Origin: Candidatus Altimarinota bacterium
Lineage (GTDB): Bacteria > Patescibacteriota > Gracilibacteria > BD1-5 > UBA2023
Length of the DNA: 64,000 nt
NCBI GenBank assembly: GCA_024709505.1
Contig: JANJWP010000021.1
Location: 7,989 to 71,988 of the forward strand
Direction: 5' to 3'
A program made the translations under genes and the position numbers. Positions 28,872 to 38,866 of this stretch are shown one piece after another. Positions within the stretch are counted from its first letter, which is position 1; every line of letters starts with the position of its first letter. The notes beneath the pieces were generated by a model. That model searched no databases and was not told where the DNA came from. It worked only from the letters and a program-made list of their open reading frames with translations.

Positions 28872-29864
28872 CTAATCCCTTAGCAAAAAGAAATTGAAGA
28901 GCGAGTAGCTCACGACAATGAGCAGAAGTCCCGCGAAAATGTATTTGATTGTTCCTTTCGCCTTTTTCAACTTCTCGTCGTCGCCTCACGAAGTCAGCAC
29001 GAGCCACCCGGCATAAATGATAAGCAAAACCGTGACGATGCCCAAAAACCCATTGAGGTAGTTTACGATCGAGGTCATGATGCTCACGGCTCATCCGACG
29101 TTTGGATCTTCGAGTTTGCACACTCCGAAAATGAGCGTGTTCTCGCATCGGACGGTTCCGTAAATGCTCGTTACGAGGGCTTTGGGAATCTTGATGAGGA
29201 GAAATCCCGCAATGCCCACGACGATCGACTTTTTGGCGGATTTGGCTTTTTCCTCGTCGCCTCCGGACGAAACGAGCTTGAAAAACGCGAGGAAGGCGAT
29301 GGCGAGGAAGGCGAAGCTCGCAAGAACTTCCATGAGTGCCACGAACGGATATACGAGCCGGTCGAGAAACACGTCAGCCGTGCGTCCGGTAATGTTTTTA
29401 TCGTAAAGCGTCGAGACGAAAACGAAAGCGCTCTGCATCACCACGATGCCAATGGTCGTCGCGAAAATGGAAGACTTCCATTTCTTGGCGTCATCCTCTC
29501 CGCCCTTCGAAAACAAGAGCCGGAGAACCGAAATGACGAGATAGATGACCGCTATCGCAATGAAGAGGTTTTTTACGTCCCTCGCCACCATGATCACGCC
29601 ATTGAACGCGCCACGCTCACCGGTATTGGAGGCCGTGAAAAAATATCCGGTGAACGGTGAGGCGAACTGGTCGAGATATCCGTTTCGTCCAGCGGCACCG
29701 GATTTTGGAGTCGCCCGCGCATCAAGTTCGCTTGAAGACGAGGAAACCTGGATGATGTCCTCTAGGTCTATGGCCGAAGCGGTTGCCGGAAAAATGGAAA
29801 CGGCCGGAGCGGCAATCGCAAGGAATGCCATCAACTTCGACAGCGATTTGGACAAAAATGACAT
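28872..29864 (-). CDS. Secreted protein made of three fused T4SS-pilin-like (VirB2/TrbC-type, CPR T4SS_pilin-like) modules
   Basis: Track ORF 29091..29864 extended through TGA at 29093..29091 and 28988..28986 to TAG 28874..28872 (330 aa). Signal peptide: MSFLSKSLSKLMAFLAIAAPAVSIFPATASA. There are three copies of hydrophobic helix + S-x-G-G-D/E-D/E-x-K..K-x-I + hydrophobic helix: LLFSKGGEDDAKKWKSSIFATTIGIVVM, FKLVSSGGDEEKAKSAKKSIVVGIAGFLLI, LVLTS[UGA]GDDEKLKKAKGTIKYIFAGLLLIVV. Confidence 0.7.
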
Positions 29865-29940
29865 TTGGAAAACGCGAAAACGGGGCTACTTGCGAGAAAG
29901 TATAGCGAGAGTTGCGGGGATTTCCATCCTTTTCGAGCGG

Positions 29941-32868
29941 CTATCCCTGCATAATGCCGAGCCGAGCTTCGATTTCCATATCGACGTATTCCTTTTTTCG
30001 TCCGTACATTTTCCGGGAGTACTCCTTGATAATTTTCGCACGTTCGGGGTCTTTGTAGGTATTGTCCCAAATGGTCTTCATGTCGAACGGACGGGTCGTC
30101 GCGTTGTCGATGTTGAGCTTGCAGTAGGTCGTGAAATTGGCAATGCCGATAATGTCCTGTTGCGAAAGGAGCGGGGCGTATTCCTTCTCCAAGTATTCCG
30201 CGTCTTCCGCGCCGACCTTGAAACTCATGATGGTGCCCGCGTTGCCGAAGACCGCGTCCTTGATGGACGGCTTTCCGTCTTTCGACTTGTTTCCGCCGAT
30301 CTGCGCGATGAACTGGTGCGCCATGATGAGCGCCAAGTGGTATTTGCGGGCTTCCGAGAGGATTTCGCCGAAGGTATCGGTCGCAAAGTTCTGGAATTCG
30401 TCAACGTAGAGGAAGAAATCCTTGCGTTGGTCTTCGGGGGTATCGGCGCGGCTCATGGCCGCCATGTTGATTTTGGAAACGAAGATGAGGCCGAGAAGCT
30501 GGGCGTTGAGGTCGCCGATCATCCCTTTCGAAAGGTTGACCATAAGAACCTTCTGATCGTCCATGACCCGGCGGAGATTGAATGCCGATTTCGGCTGGCC
30601 GATGATGTTGCGGATGGTGGTGTTCGTAATGAACGGGCCGAACTTCGAGGAAAAGTACGGAATCATTTCCTGCTTTTCGCGATCGCCGGTGGAGGCGTAT
30701 TCATGGTCCCAGAAAGCCTTTACGACCGGGTTCTTGACCTTGGATACCTTGTACTTCATGAACGCGTCGTCAACGAAGAGGCGCGGCACGTCGATAAGGG
30801 TTCCGCCTTCGTCTTCGTCGTCCATGAGGGTGAGACAGCCGTTGCGGAAGTAGTGTTGGATGCGCGGGCCGAAAACTTCTTCGTTGAAGATCTTGATGAA
30901 GATGGAAGTCGCATCAAGTGCGGCGCGGTCTTTTTCGATGGCGCGCTGGGCCGGGTCGGTCGAGATGACTTCGAGCATGTTCAGTCCCATGGGACGCTCG
31001 TAATCGGCGGGATCGAAGACGATCATGTCCTTCGCCCGCTCTTTCGGCGTGAAACTGATGATGTCCTCGACCAAGTCTCCGTGCGGATCGATGACGCAGA
31101 GCCCGTCGCCGTTCCAAAGGTCCTGTCGGGCAAGGTAGCCGACGAACACGGACTTACCTCAACCGGATTTACCGATGATGTAGTGGTGGCGTCCGCGGTC
31201 TTTGCGCATGAAATAGATGGGCTTCTTCACGTTGCGGTATTCGTTCCACCCCATGAGTACCGCGTCGGTATAAAGCGGGAAGCCCGCAAGATGGCGCTGC
31301 TTCATTTCGGAGACGGGCATTTTTCCCGCGTCGGCGGGTTTTCCCTTGTTGTCGCCTTCGGTCGCAACCGGAACGACGGTTCCGTCAACCAAGAGGAAAT
31401 TCTTGTTCTCGTCGCGTTTCAAATTGAGGTTCTTATCCACCGCAAGAAGCGATCCGTCCTCGGTAAAAACGTTTCCGTGGGCGTCGCGCTTATAGTCGGA
31501 AAGCACGGTCGGATTCGAGGGGGTCTTGAGATTGTGCGGGGGCGCGAGCATCTTGTACTCGAGCCACTTGATGATGGGCGATCGGTTGTAGTTGATGTCC
31601 GGAAAATGATAGAGCGTCGAGAGTTCGTCCGTTGAAAAAGTGGACACTCCTTGAAGGAAACCCAAAAGACGGAAACGGAAGGCGAAATACCGGATCGGAA
31701 CGAAAAAGAACGCGAACAGGTCTTCGTATTGCGGATTGTCGAGCTTGTTGTTGTATTCGTCGGTAAAAATGCTCGTTCCCCCTATCGTGGTCTGCAAGGC
31801 GATTTCGGCGCTCTCGGGAGTATCAGATCCCACGATGACCCGGATTGACGCGAGGAATCCCGGTTGTCCGGCGGATTCGCCCATCGCCTTGTGCCCCTCT
31901 TGTTCGGCTTGGTTGAAAATTTTGTAGGAGTCCCCCGAAGACGCCCCCGGAGCCATGGAATCGGAGGTTCGTTCATTATTGACGAGCGTGTTGATGAGCC
32001 AGTAGATCGGAGCGAGTACCGATTGAATGGCTGAAAGCCAAAATCCGGCCTTCGCCCTTCCTTTGTACTCCCCCTTCGCCACGAGATTCGCAGCCTTTTT
32101 GGCCTTTTTATTCCACCACGAAGACCGGGGCTTCGCGATGATTTGAAGCACTGCCTTGTCGGTGTGCTTGAGGGTGCCGAAGTTATTGGTGAACGTCGAA
32201 AGCGGATCGTCCTCGAAGTACTTGAAGGTCTTAATCGGATACACGTCGTCGTTTACCTTGGAGATGCTCGCGGCACGAACGGTATATCCGGCAGGCTTGA
32301 GGTTCGGGTATTCGCTTGGACGGATGATCTTCACTTCGGCATCCGGATAGTTCGAAGTGACCTGTTGCGCGATGAAATTCGCCACGCCGGAATAGGTCAC
32401 GACGTAAAACGATATTTGTCCCTGATCGAAAACGAGTTCGAGCGAGGCTTTCATGTGGTCGAAAATCGTATCGAGCACCCAATCCTTGAAGGTGATGTCG
32501 CCGATTTTATGAATCGACTTGAAGAAGATGGACATGATTCCCACCTTTTCTTTGAAATCCTTTTTCGTTTCGCGTTCCTTGTCGAGCTTGGAATCAGCCC
32601 GCGGCAACGTTACGCGCATGTAAACGAGCCTTTTTGCGGCGTAGATTTCGTAGAGGATCCGAACGAGTTTGAGAAGAAAAAAAAGGAGGAGAACGAGCAA
32701 AAGCACGTTCCATACGACGGCGAAAAGATATTCGAGCATCTCCCAAAAGGAGCCTCATTCTTCGGCCGGAACGGTTTTGGAAGCCGTTCCCGAACGCTCG
32801 GTTCCGGCGATGGCGGCATGCGCGACGGGGAGAAAAAATCCCAGAAGCGACGCAAAGGTTTCAGACAT
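29941..32868 (-). CDS. VirD4/TraD-like type IV coupling-protein-family ATPase, paralogue 1 (975 aa)
   Basis: Joins 31159..32739 and 29941..31149 through TGA 31161..31159, which sits in the Walker A loop (IIGKSG[UGA]GKSV). It extends upstream through TGA 32757..32755 to ATG 32868, which has an AAAGGAGAGG Shine-Dalgarno. Features: N-terminal TM helix, VIDPHGDL, Walker B-like FFLYVDEFQNF, ARKYHLALIMAHQFIAQI. Confidence 0.8.
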
Positions 32869-33019
32869 ACCTCTCCTTTGGATTACGGAATCGGGGAAAT
32901 AGTACCACACTCTTGGCGTTCGGGCAAAAAAGGCGGCGCCATTCCCCCTTTACGAACGCCGGGTTTTCGGTATTATCGTTCCCGGTAGCGCGAAAATATT
33001 CTTTTTCCGCGCTTTTTTC

Positions 33020-34525
33020 ATGGTTAAAACCGTATTCTCCTCGTCGATTCGAGGCCTATTTTGACAGCTCGTCCACGTGGAAGTGGACGTTTCTCCGGGA
33101 CTGCCCTCGTTCTCAATCGTCGGACTCGGCGATACGGCGGTCCAAGAAAGCCGCGAACGGGTTCGGACCGCCATTCGAAATTCTGGATTTTCCTTTCCGC
33201 AAAAACGCGTCACGGTCAATTTGGCTCCGGCCGAAATTCGGAAGGCCTGACCGGGATTCGACCTTGCGATCGCCATCGGCATCATTGCCGAAGAATGCGG
33301 ACTGAAAGAAAGCGACCTGAAGGGGATAGCCGTTCTCGGCGAACTCGCGCTCGACGGGACGCTCCGGAACGTTGGCGGAATCGTCGCCCATGCGGCCTCT
33401 CTCGGAGAATATGAAACGTATGGCCTGCTCGCCTCCGAAAGCGACGCGCAAACAGCTTCATTTATTCCGAACGTCATCGCATACGGAGCGAAAACCCTTC
33501 GCGAAGCGGTCGAAGCCCTCCAAAAAAGAAGGGGCGGGAAGGCTGTTGCGAAAAAACGTTCCGAAATCCAGAGCGCCGTCCGGACGTCGGATTTTCCGGA
33601 TTTTTCGGATATCGCGGGACAGGAGCGGGCGAAACGCGCCCTTGAAATTGCCGCCGCGGGAGGACATAACGTGCTTCTTGAATGAGCCCCTTGATCGGGA
33701 AAAACCTTACTTTGCCGGGCATTTCAGGGGATTTTGCCGGAAGTTTCACCGCAAGAACTCATCACCTTAGCGAAAATCCGATCCGTTTCCGGATCATTTT
33801 CCGATCCGTTTTCGCTCGAACGCCCCTTCGTAAGCGTCCATTCCGGGGCGAGCGCGGCCAGCTTGCTTTGATGATGACCGCTCGCCAAGCCCGGAGAAAT
33901 CACCCTCGCACACCTTGGAACGCTTTTTTTGGACGAACTCCGGGAATTTCCACCCTACCTGCTCGACGCCTTGAGGCAACCCCTCGAAGAAGGAAAGGTT
34001 CGGGTTTCGCGGGCGCTCGCGAGCCATTCGTATCCGGCCAGGTTCCAGTTGCTCGCCGCAACGAACCCCTGTCCGTGCGGATACCTCTCCGACCGTGAAA
34101 AACCTTGCACATGCGCACCGGGATCGGTTGAGCGTTACCGAAACCGAATTTCCGGCCCCATTCTGGACCGAATCGACCTCTTCGTCGGCGTACCAAGACT
34201 TTCATCGATCGAAATTGGCAACCAAAAACGGGGGGATGCGTCGGCAAAAATACTTGAGCGCGTCGTTTCTGCCCGATCTATCCAATTCGAACGGTTTTGA
34301 ACGCGCGAAAAAACCAACGCCTCCCTTTTGGGAAAAGAACTCTCCGAAATGAGCATCTCTCCGGAAGCCGAAAAGTCAGCGCTCGAAGCGGTCGATCGCC
34401 TCGGACTCTCCGGTCGGGCATACGACCGGATTCGGAAGGTTTCCCGGACGATTGCCGATTTGGATGGTTCGAAAACCGTCGAAATCGCTCACATGGCCGA
34501 AGCCATGAGTTATCGTGAACGCTAA
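33020..34525 (+). CDS. comM: Mg-chelatase-like ATPase ComM/YifB
   Basis: 501 codons in one frame with 8 in-frame TGA (33062, 33248, 33683, 33692, 33869, 33872, 33875, 34298). Lon-like N-domain ([33 protein letters not shown][UGA][11 protein letters not shown]). Walker A VLLE[UGA]AP[UGA]SGKT. LL[UGA][UGA][UGA][28 protein letters not shown]. The track only shows 33929..34300 and 34328..34525. Confidence 0.9.
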
Positions 34526-34558
34526 AATTCGCATTCTTCGGCAACGCTCGGCGCGTCT

Positions 34559-34597
34559 AAAAAACGTCCGCCGGAAAAGCTTCCGGCGGACGTTTTT
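34559..34597. terminator. Bidirectional terminator between comM and the HTH gene
   Basis: AAAAAACGTCCGCCGGAA-aagc-TTCCGGCGGACGTTTTT. Confidence 0.7.
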
Positions 34598-34607
34598 GAA
34601 CGTTTCG

Positions 34608-35666
34608 TTACGCGAGCTTCGCGCCTTCCTTGAGTTGGTACATGTTGCGCCCGACACGCTCGACGTACTTTCGGTTTTGAAGGTTCATATAGATGGTCGA
34701 GGTTTTTACCTGACGGACCCTTAGGACCTTGGCGACGATATCTTCGGTCGAGAGCGGAGTTTTCGCCTTGTTGAAGACGTCGATAATGACGTCGAGGACG
34801 GTTCCAGGCTTGTATCCCCATTCCTTGAGAACGTAGATTCCGCGTCCGATAAGCACGAATTCGTTATTGCGGATGAGTTCGTTGTGGATGGTGGCAACCT
34901 TTACGCTTTCTTGGAAACGGTCGGCAATCGCGTTGGTAATTTCGACGAAGTGCATCGGCTTCTTGTTCTTTTTGAGAACGTACACGGCCTTGTCCTTGAG
35001 CGTCGAAGGGTTGAGGATCTTCCATTTTTCGAGACCGACGTATTTTTCTTCGCCCTTAACGATGTCGGTGTAAACGTCGAGAATCGAATCGATCAGAACG
35101 GCTTCGACCTTTCAAAACTGTGGGAAAAGGTTCATCTTCACCGTTTCGTAGAGGGCCGAGTTTTCCATGATGTCGCCCTTTTTCTTCAATACTCGAACGG
35201 CATCTTTGTATGCCTCCTGAACGAGCTTTTTTTGAACTTCCGGGAGCGAGAAGTAGGTGCGGGTTCCGAGTTGGGGCTTGCTTTTTTGAATGTTGTAGTC
35301 GGACTGGAGGATGACTTCGATAATGCCGGAGTTCACGTCTTCGGAAATTCCGGTTTCGCGGATGACGGCCGAAACGAGGCGGTCGCGTATGAGGAGTCCG
35401 CCATGGAGGGCAAGAATCTTGTTTCCGATCGACTGGATTTCGTGGAGGCGGGTCGATTTGACGATGCGTCCGATTTTCCGGATTCCCACGTCTTCGATTT
35501 GGCGCACCCGTTCACGGGTAATCGCATAGGATTCGCCGATGGACTGCAAAGTCTCGCGCTCGCCGTCGAGCCCGATGCGGCGGGAGATGACCGCCCGCTC
35601 TTTTTCCGTAAGACCCGCGAGTACCGAGAGGAAATTCTCGCGGATTTCCGCGCTTAATACCGCCAT
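34608..35666 (-). CDS. Sigma-70 region-4-like HTH protein with C-terminal HARE-HTH-like domain (352 aa)
   Basis: Joins 35112..35666 and 34608..34985 through TGA 35114..35112. N-terminus LTEKERAVISRRIGLDGERETLQSIGESYAITRERVRQIEDVGIRKI is a sigma70 r4 pattern. C-terminus KPMHFVEITNAI...NNEFVLIGRGIYVLKEWGY. Confidence 0.65.
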
Positions 35667-35699
35667 AATGGAGCGTGGGATGAAGAAGGTACGTAAGTC

Positions 35700-35727
35700 C
35701 GTATAATTTTTTTCGCCGAAAAGTCAA
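35700..35727 (-). promoter_or_regulatory. Sigma-70-like promoter for the HTH gene
   Basis: On the minus strand: TTGACT (35727..35722), a 16-nt spacer, then TATAC(G), about 35 nt upstream of ATG 35666. Confidence 0.4.
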
Positions 35728-35746
35728 GCAGAAAAGCAAAAGGGAA

Positions 35747-35775
35747 CGAAAAAGCCTCCCCTAAACGGGAAGGCT
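35747..35775 (-). terminator. Terminator overlapping the stop of 35761..36378
   Basis: On the minus strand: AGCCTTCCC-gtttag-GGGAGGCT followed by TTTTTCG. The TAG stop lies in the loop. Confidence 0.55.
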
Positions 35776-36378
35776 CATGTTCTTTTTATCGGGCGATTCC
35801 TTGCCGATAATGGCGTCGTATTCTTCGAGCATTTCGGCAGTCGTCCGACTGTTTTCAACGTAGGCGGTTTCAAAAAGTTCGCGCTTGTGCTCGCGATATG
35901 CGAGGGCTCCGCCAATCATTACGAATAAGTCTCCCACGAGCGAGAGGGCCGGTCCGTTTCCAAGGGCGACGTCCTTCGTAAAGATCGAGAAGCCCCGAAT
36001 GACGTTCATCGTGGAAAAGTCGAGGGCGAAAAGGCAGGCTGAAGCGAAAAGGCAAATGGCGAAGTCGCTCATCGCAAGCCCCGATCTCGACTTGATTTCG
36101 GATTTTGTCCGATGGGAAAACGCGACGACGAATATCCCCGCGAGAATGAGGAGCTTGACGTATCCGACATATCAAAGCGAGAGCGAGAACGCCGTTCCTG
36201 ACATTTCCCCTCAAACCGAAAACCAGGTCATGAAGACCGCGATGAACGACGACGCAAGCCCGACGACGACGACCCTTTGGGATCCCTTGAGGTGGAAAAA
36301 ATTGAACGAGAGCCGATCAACCGCGTTTCGAATGCGGTTTCGGAGGCGGCGGTGCTTGGAGTTTTGCGAAAAGTTCAT
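35761..36378 (-). CDS. Hypothetical membrane protein (205 aa)
   Basis: Track ORF 35761..36072 extended upstream by hand through TGA 36174..36172 and 36213..36211 to ATG 36378: MNFSQNSKHRRLRNRIRNAVDRLSFNFFHLKGSQRVVVVGLASSFIAVFMTWFSV[UGA]GEMSGTAFSLSL[UGA]YVGYVKLLILAGIFVVAF... It has 4-5 hydrophobic helices. Confidence 0.55.
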
Positions 36379-36745
36379 GGTCCGGTGGGAAAACGCACGA
36401 CTTATACCGCAAAAGTCGCGAAAGTAAATCGGAGATTTCTTGACTTATTGGGCGTTCATGGTTACATATCGGAAGACAGAAACACGCTCCACAATGCGGA
36501 ATTCCCCCCTCGAACGCAATAGGGCATACGCCCTTCTTAAAACCGTAGGACACGCGGTCATTTCGGCGTTCTCAAGCCTCTTCCTCCTCTTGGCACCGCT
36601 CGTCGGAAAACCGAGAAAACCCCTTCCGGAAAACCGTTTCTTCGAAATTCTCGATTTCGTTTTCGTTTCCGGTCCGAGGCATTTTTGGAAACGTCCCACC
36701 GCGATATCGGCGGGACGGAGCCTTTCGACCTTTCTCCACTTCGTT

Positions 36746-37942
36746 TTGGAAAAAGAGCGGCGGTTCGTCGAAAAGAAGGACCCGAAAGCCTTCACGCTCG
36801 TCGAAGTGCTGGTCGCCATCACCGTATTGGCCATCGTTCTCGTTCTCGGACTTCAAGGACTCGGGCAAATCGCCGGATACCGAACCAACGTGAGCGACCG
36901 GGTAGATTTGTGACAGGACCTCTACTACAACGTCGAGCGCCTCGTTTCGATCGTAAAGGACGGCGGCGTCATAGACTACGAGGAATACTGGAACCGGTTC
37001 GCCATGGGCACCGGAACGAATGTCGGAAACCTTTCCTCCGCCAATATCGGCGGAGGATACGCCAACCTTACCGGATTCGGAAACTACGGAGCGGGAGGCA
37101 GCATCGCTCCGGGGGGCGCTTTCTGAGCCGGACAATATCTCTGTCTCAGCGGAAACGGAACGCCAATGGGGACGGGCGGATGTCTTTCGTCGTTCAATTC
37201 GGCAGGAGCCGACATGACGGGAATGCCCCAGCGGTACGGACAGTACGCCTTGCAATTTTTCGATGCCAATGCCAACGCCAACGGCGATTTGGGCGATGAA
37301 AACGGCGATGGCAGATCCACTGGTGACGACGATGACGAAGAGCTTGGCGCCGGACCTGCCGCGTTCGTCCCCGGAGAACCCCTTCGCGAACTCTATCTCA
37401 TCAAGAAGAATTCCGCGGTTCCCGAACGGCTCATCCTCCGGTGGGTCGTCGCCGCCGACCCTAACCGTCCATCCTGAGCGACTTGCGTCGGGAATGCTGA
37501 CGGCTCCGTTACCGGAAGCGGCTGCATCGGACGCGTCGAAATGCTTCGGCTCGTCGGACGCGATTATGGAATCGCGCATTCCGGATCGGTCGCGTCCTCC
37601 TGACGCTTCGACGGAAAAATCGACACGTGGGAATGCCGCGGCGATTTCCATTGCGCCGGAAACGAGAATACCCCCGTGTGATCGGGAAGCTCGTTCAATA
37701 TCGGAACGACCGAGTGGGTAAGCGTCTTTCCCGAAGACATTAACGTCAAGAGCGTTTCGTTTTCGCCATATCCGCACAAGGATTACCGGCTCTCCTGGAA
37801 GGAAAACGATCCTTCGATCCGCATCGCCCCGTATGTCCGAATCGACATGACGCTCGGATTTTCTTGGATCCGAAGGAAAAAATTCAATGCCGGATCCGAT
37901 CCGCAAGCCCATGTCACGACTTCCGTCTCCCTTTCCGATTAG
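36746..37942 (+). CDS. Large type IV pilin-like protein (about 398 aa)
   Basis: One frame from 36440 to TAG 37940..37942 with in-frame TGA at 36911, 37124, 37475, 37601 and 37679. Prepilin motif KKDPKA/FTLVEVLVAITVLAIVLVLG. The nearest in-frame start is TTG 36746 (uncertain). There is an acidic loop DANANANGDLGDENGDGRSTGDDDDEE and several Cys. Confidence 0.6.
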
Positions 37943-37945
37943 CCC

Positions 37946-38866
37946 ATGTCCCGCATTTCCACCGCAATACGATCGAATCGGGAAGGTTTTGCCATCTTCC
38001 TCGCGATGCTCCTGACGGTCCTCATCGTGCTCATGGGAGTCTATCTCATAGACAAGCTCGTTCCGGCGTCGAAAGATGTCAAAGGGGTCGAACACGGAAA
38101 CGTCGCCTATTACAAAGCTGCGAGCGCCGTCGAACTGGCACTTTCGGAGCTTTCGGGCAACAATCCGGGAACCCAGACCGGCAGCAGCGCGGGAAACCTT
38201 TCAGGTTCGGGATATTCGCTTTCCACCGTAGGAAGCGGAACGGTCGTTCCCCGGCCGGGATTCGGCAACAGCGAATATGACGACGATTGGAACGTCATCG
38301 CCATAGGGAGACCGGTGCAAATAAAATTGCCAGATGGATACCGTCCTTCCGATCTCCGGTTGGAGTTCCGCGTTCCCGACCTCAATCGCAACGGACAATC
38401 CGGGGAACAAGGCGGCGGAGAACCATCCGAAGCCCTTTCGGGAACGGTCGCGCAAATCGTGAACTGGAGCATTTCCACCACGGCTGACACTCTCGTTTCC
38501 GCAAGCTCCCAAGTCCTTACCGCAGACCAGATAAACCAGGCGGCACCCCTCTCGCTCTGATCGCTTACGGGCTCGGTTCTCACGAGCACGGGCGCTTCGA
38601 GCGTAACCGATTTCGAGACCGCAAACTGCGGCTCCGGAGCACGTTGCACGGTCAAGCTTTCCCTCGTGCACTCACTCGAGACGCGGGGCGGACAGGCGAT
38701 GCCGTATCTGGAATACCGGCTTTCCTCAGCCGTAGCGACGCCCATCCCCCAACAGTGGACGCGGGTCGTTGCCGAAGGGTATTCCCGAGGATTCAAGCAG
38801 ACGAAAATCCGCAACGTCGAACAAAACACCGTCGGCGAAGCCCTGGATTTCACCGTGTTCCAATAA
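37946..38866 (+). CDS. Minor-pilin/pseudopilin-like protein (306 aa)
   Basis: Joins 37946..38560 and 38666..38866 through TGA 38558..38560. The N-terminus SNREGFAIFLAMLLTVLIVLMGVYL is a PilX/GspK-like hydrophobic N-terminus without Glu5. It starts 4 nt after the preceding pilin gene. Confidence 0.5.

Noticed and set aside
32739-32868. A separate 37-aa signal-peptide ORF ending at TGA 32757..32755, with the ATPase starting at ATG 32739.
   Set aside because: TGA does not terminate in this organism, and the strong Shine-Dalgarno precedes ATG 32868, not 32739. An internal start at 32739 cannot be excluded, so this remains a start-site uncertainty rather than a separate gene.
28188-32868. An integrative conjugative element or prophage inserted at the tRNA cluster and carrying the pilin/VirD4 module.
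   Set aside because: No integrase, relaxase, excisionase or phage genes are present. rpmE lies between the tRNAs and the module. No direct repeat of a tRNA 3' end was noticed, and composition looks the same as the flanks by eye. This is not excluded without a computed repeat search.
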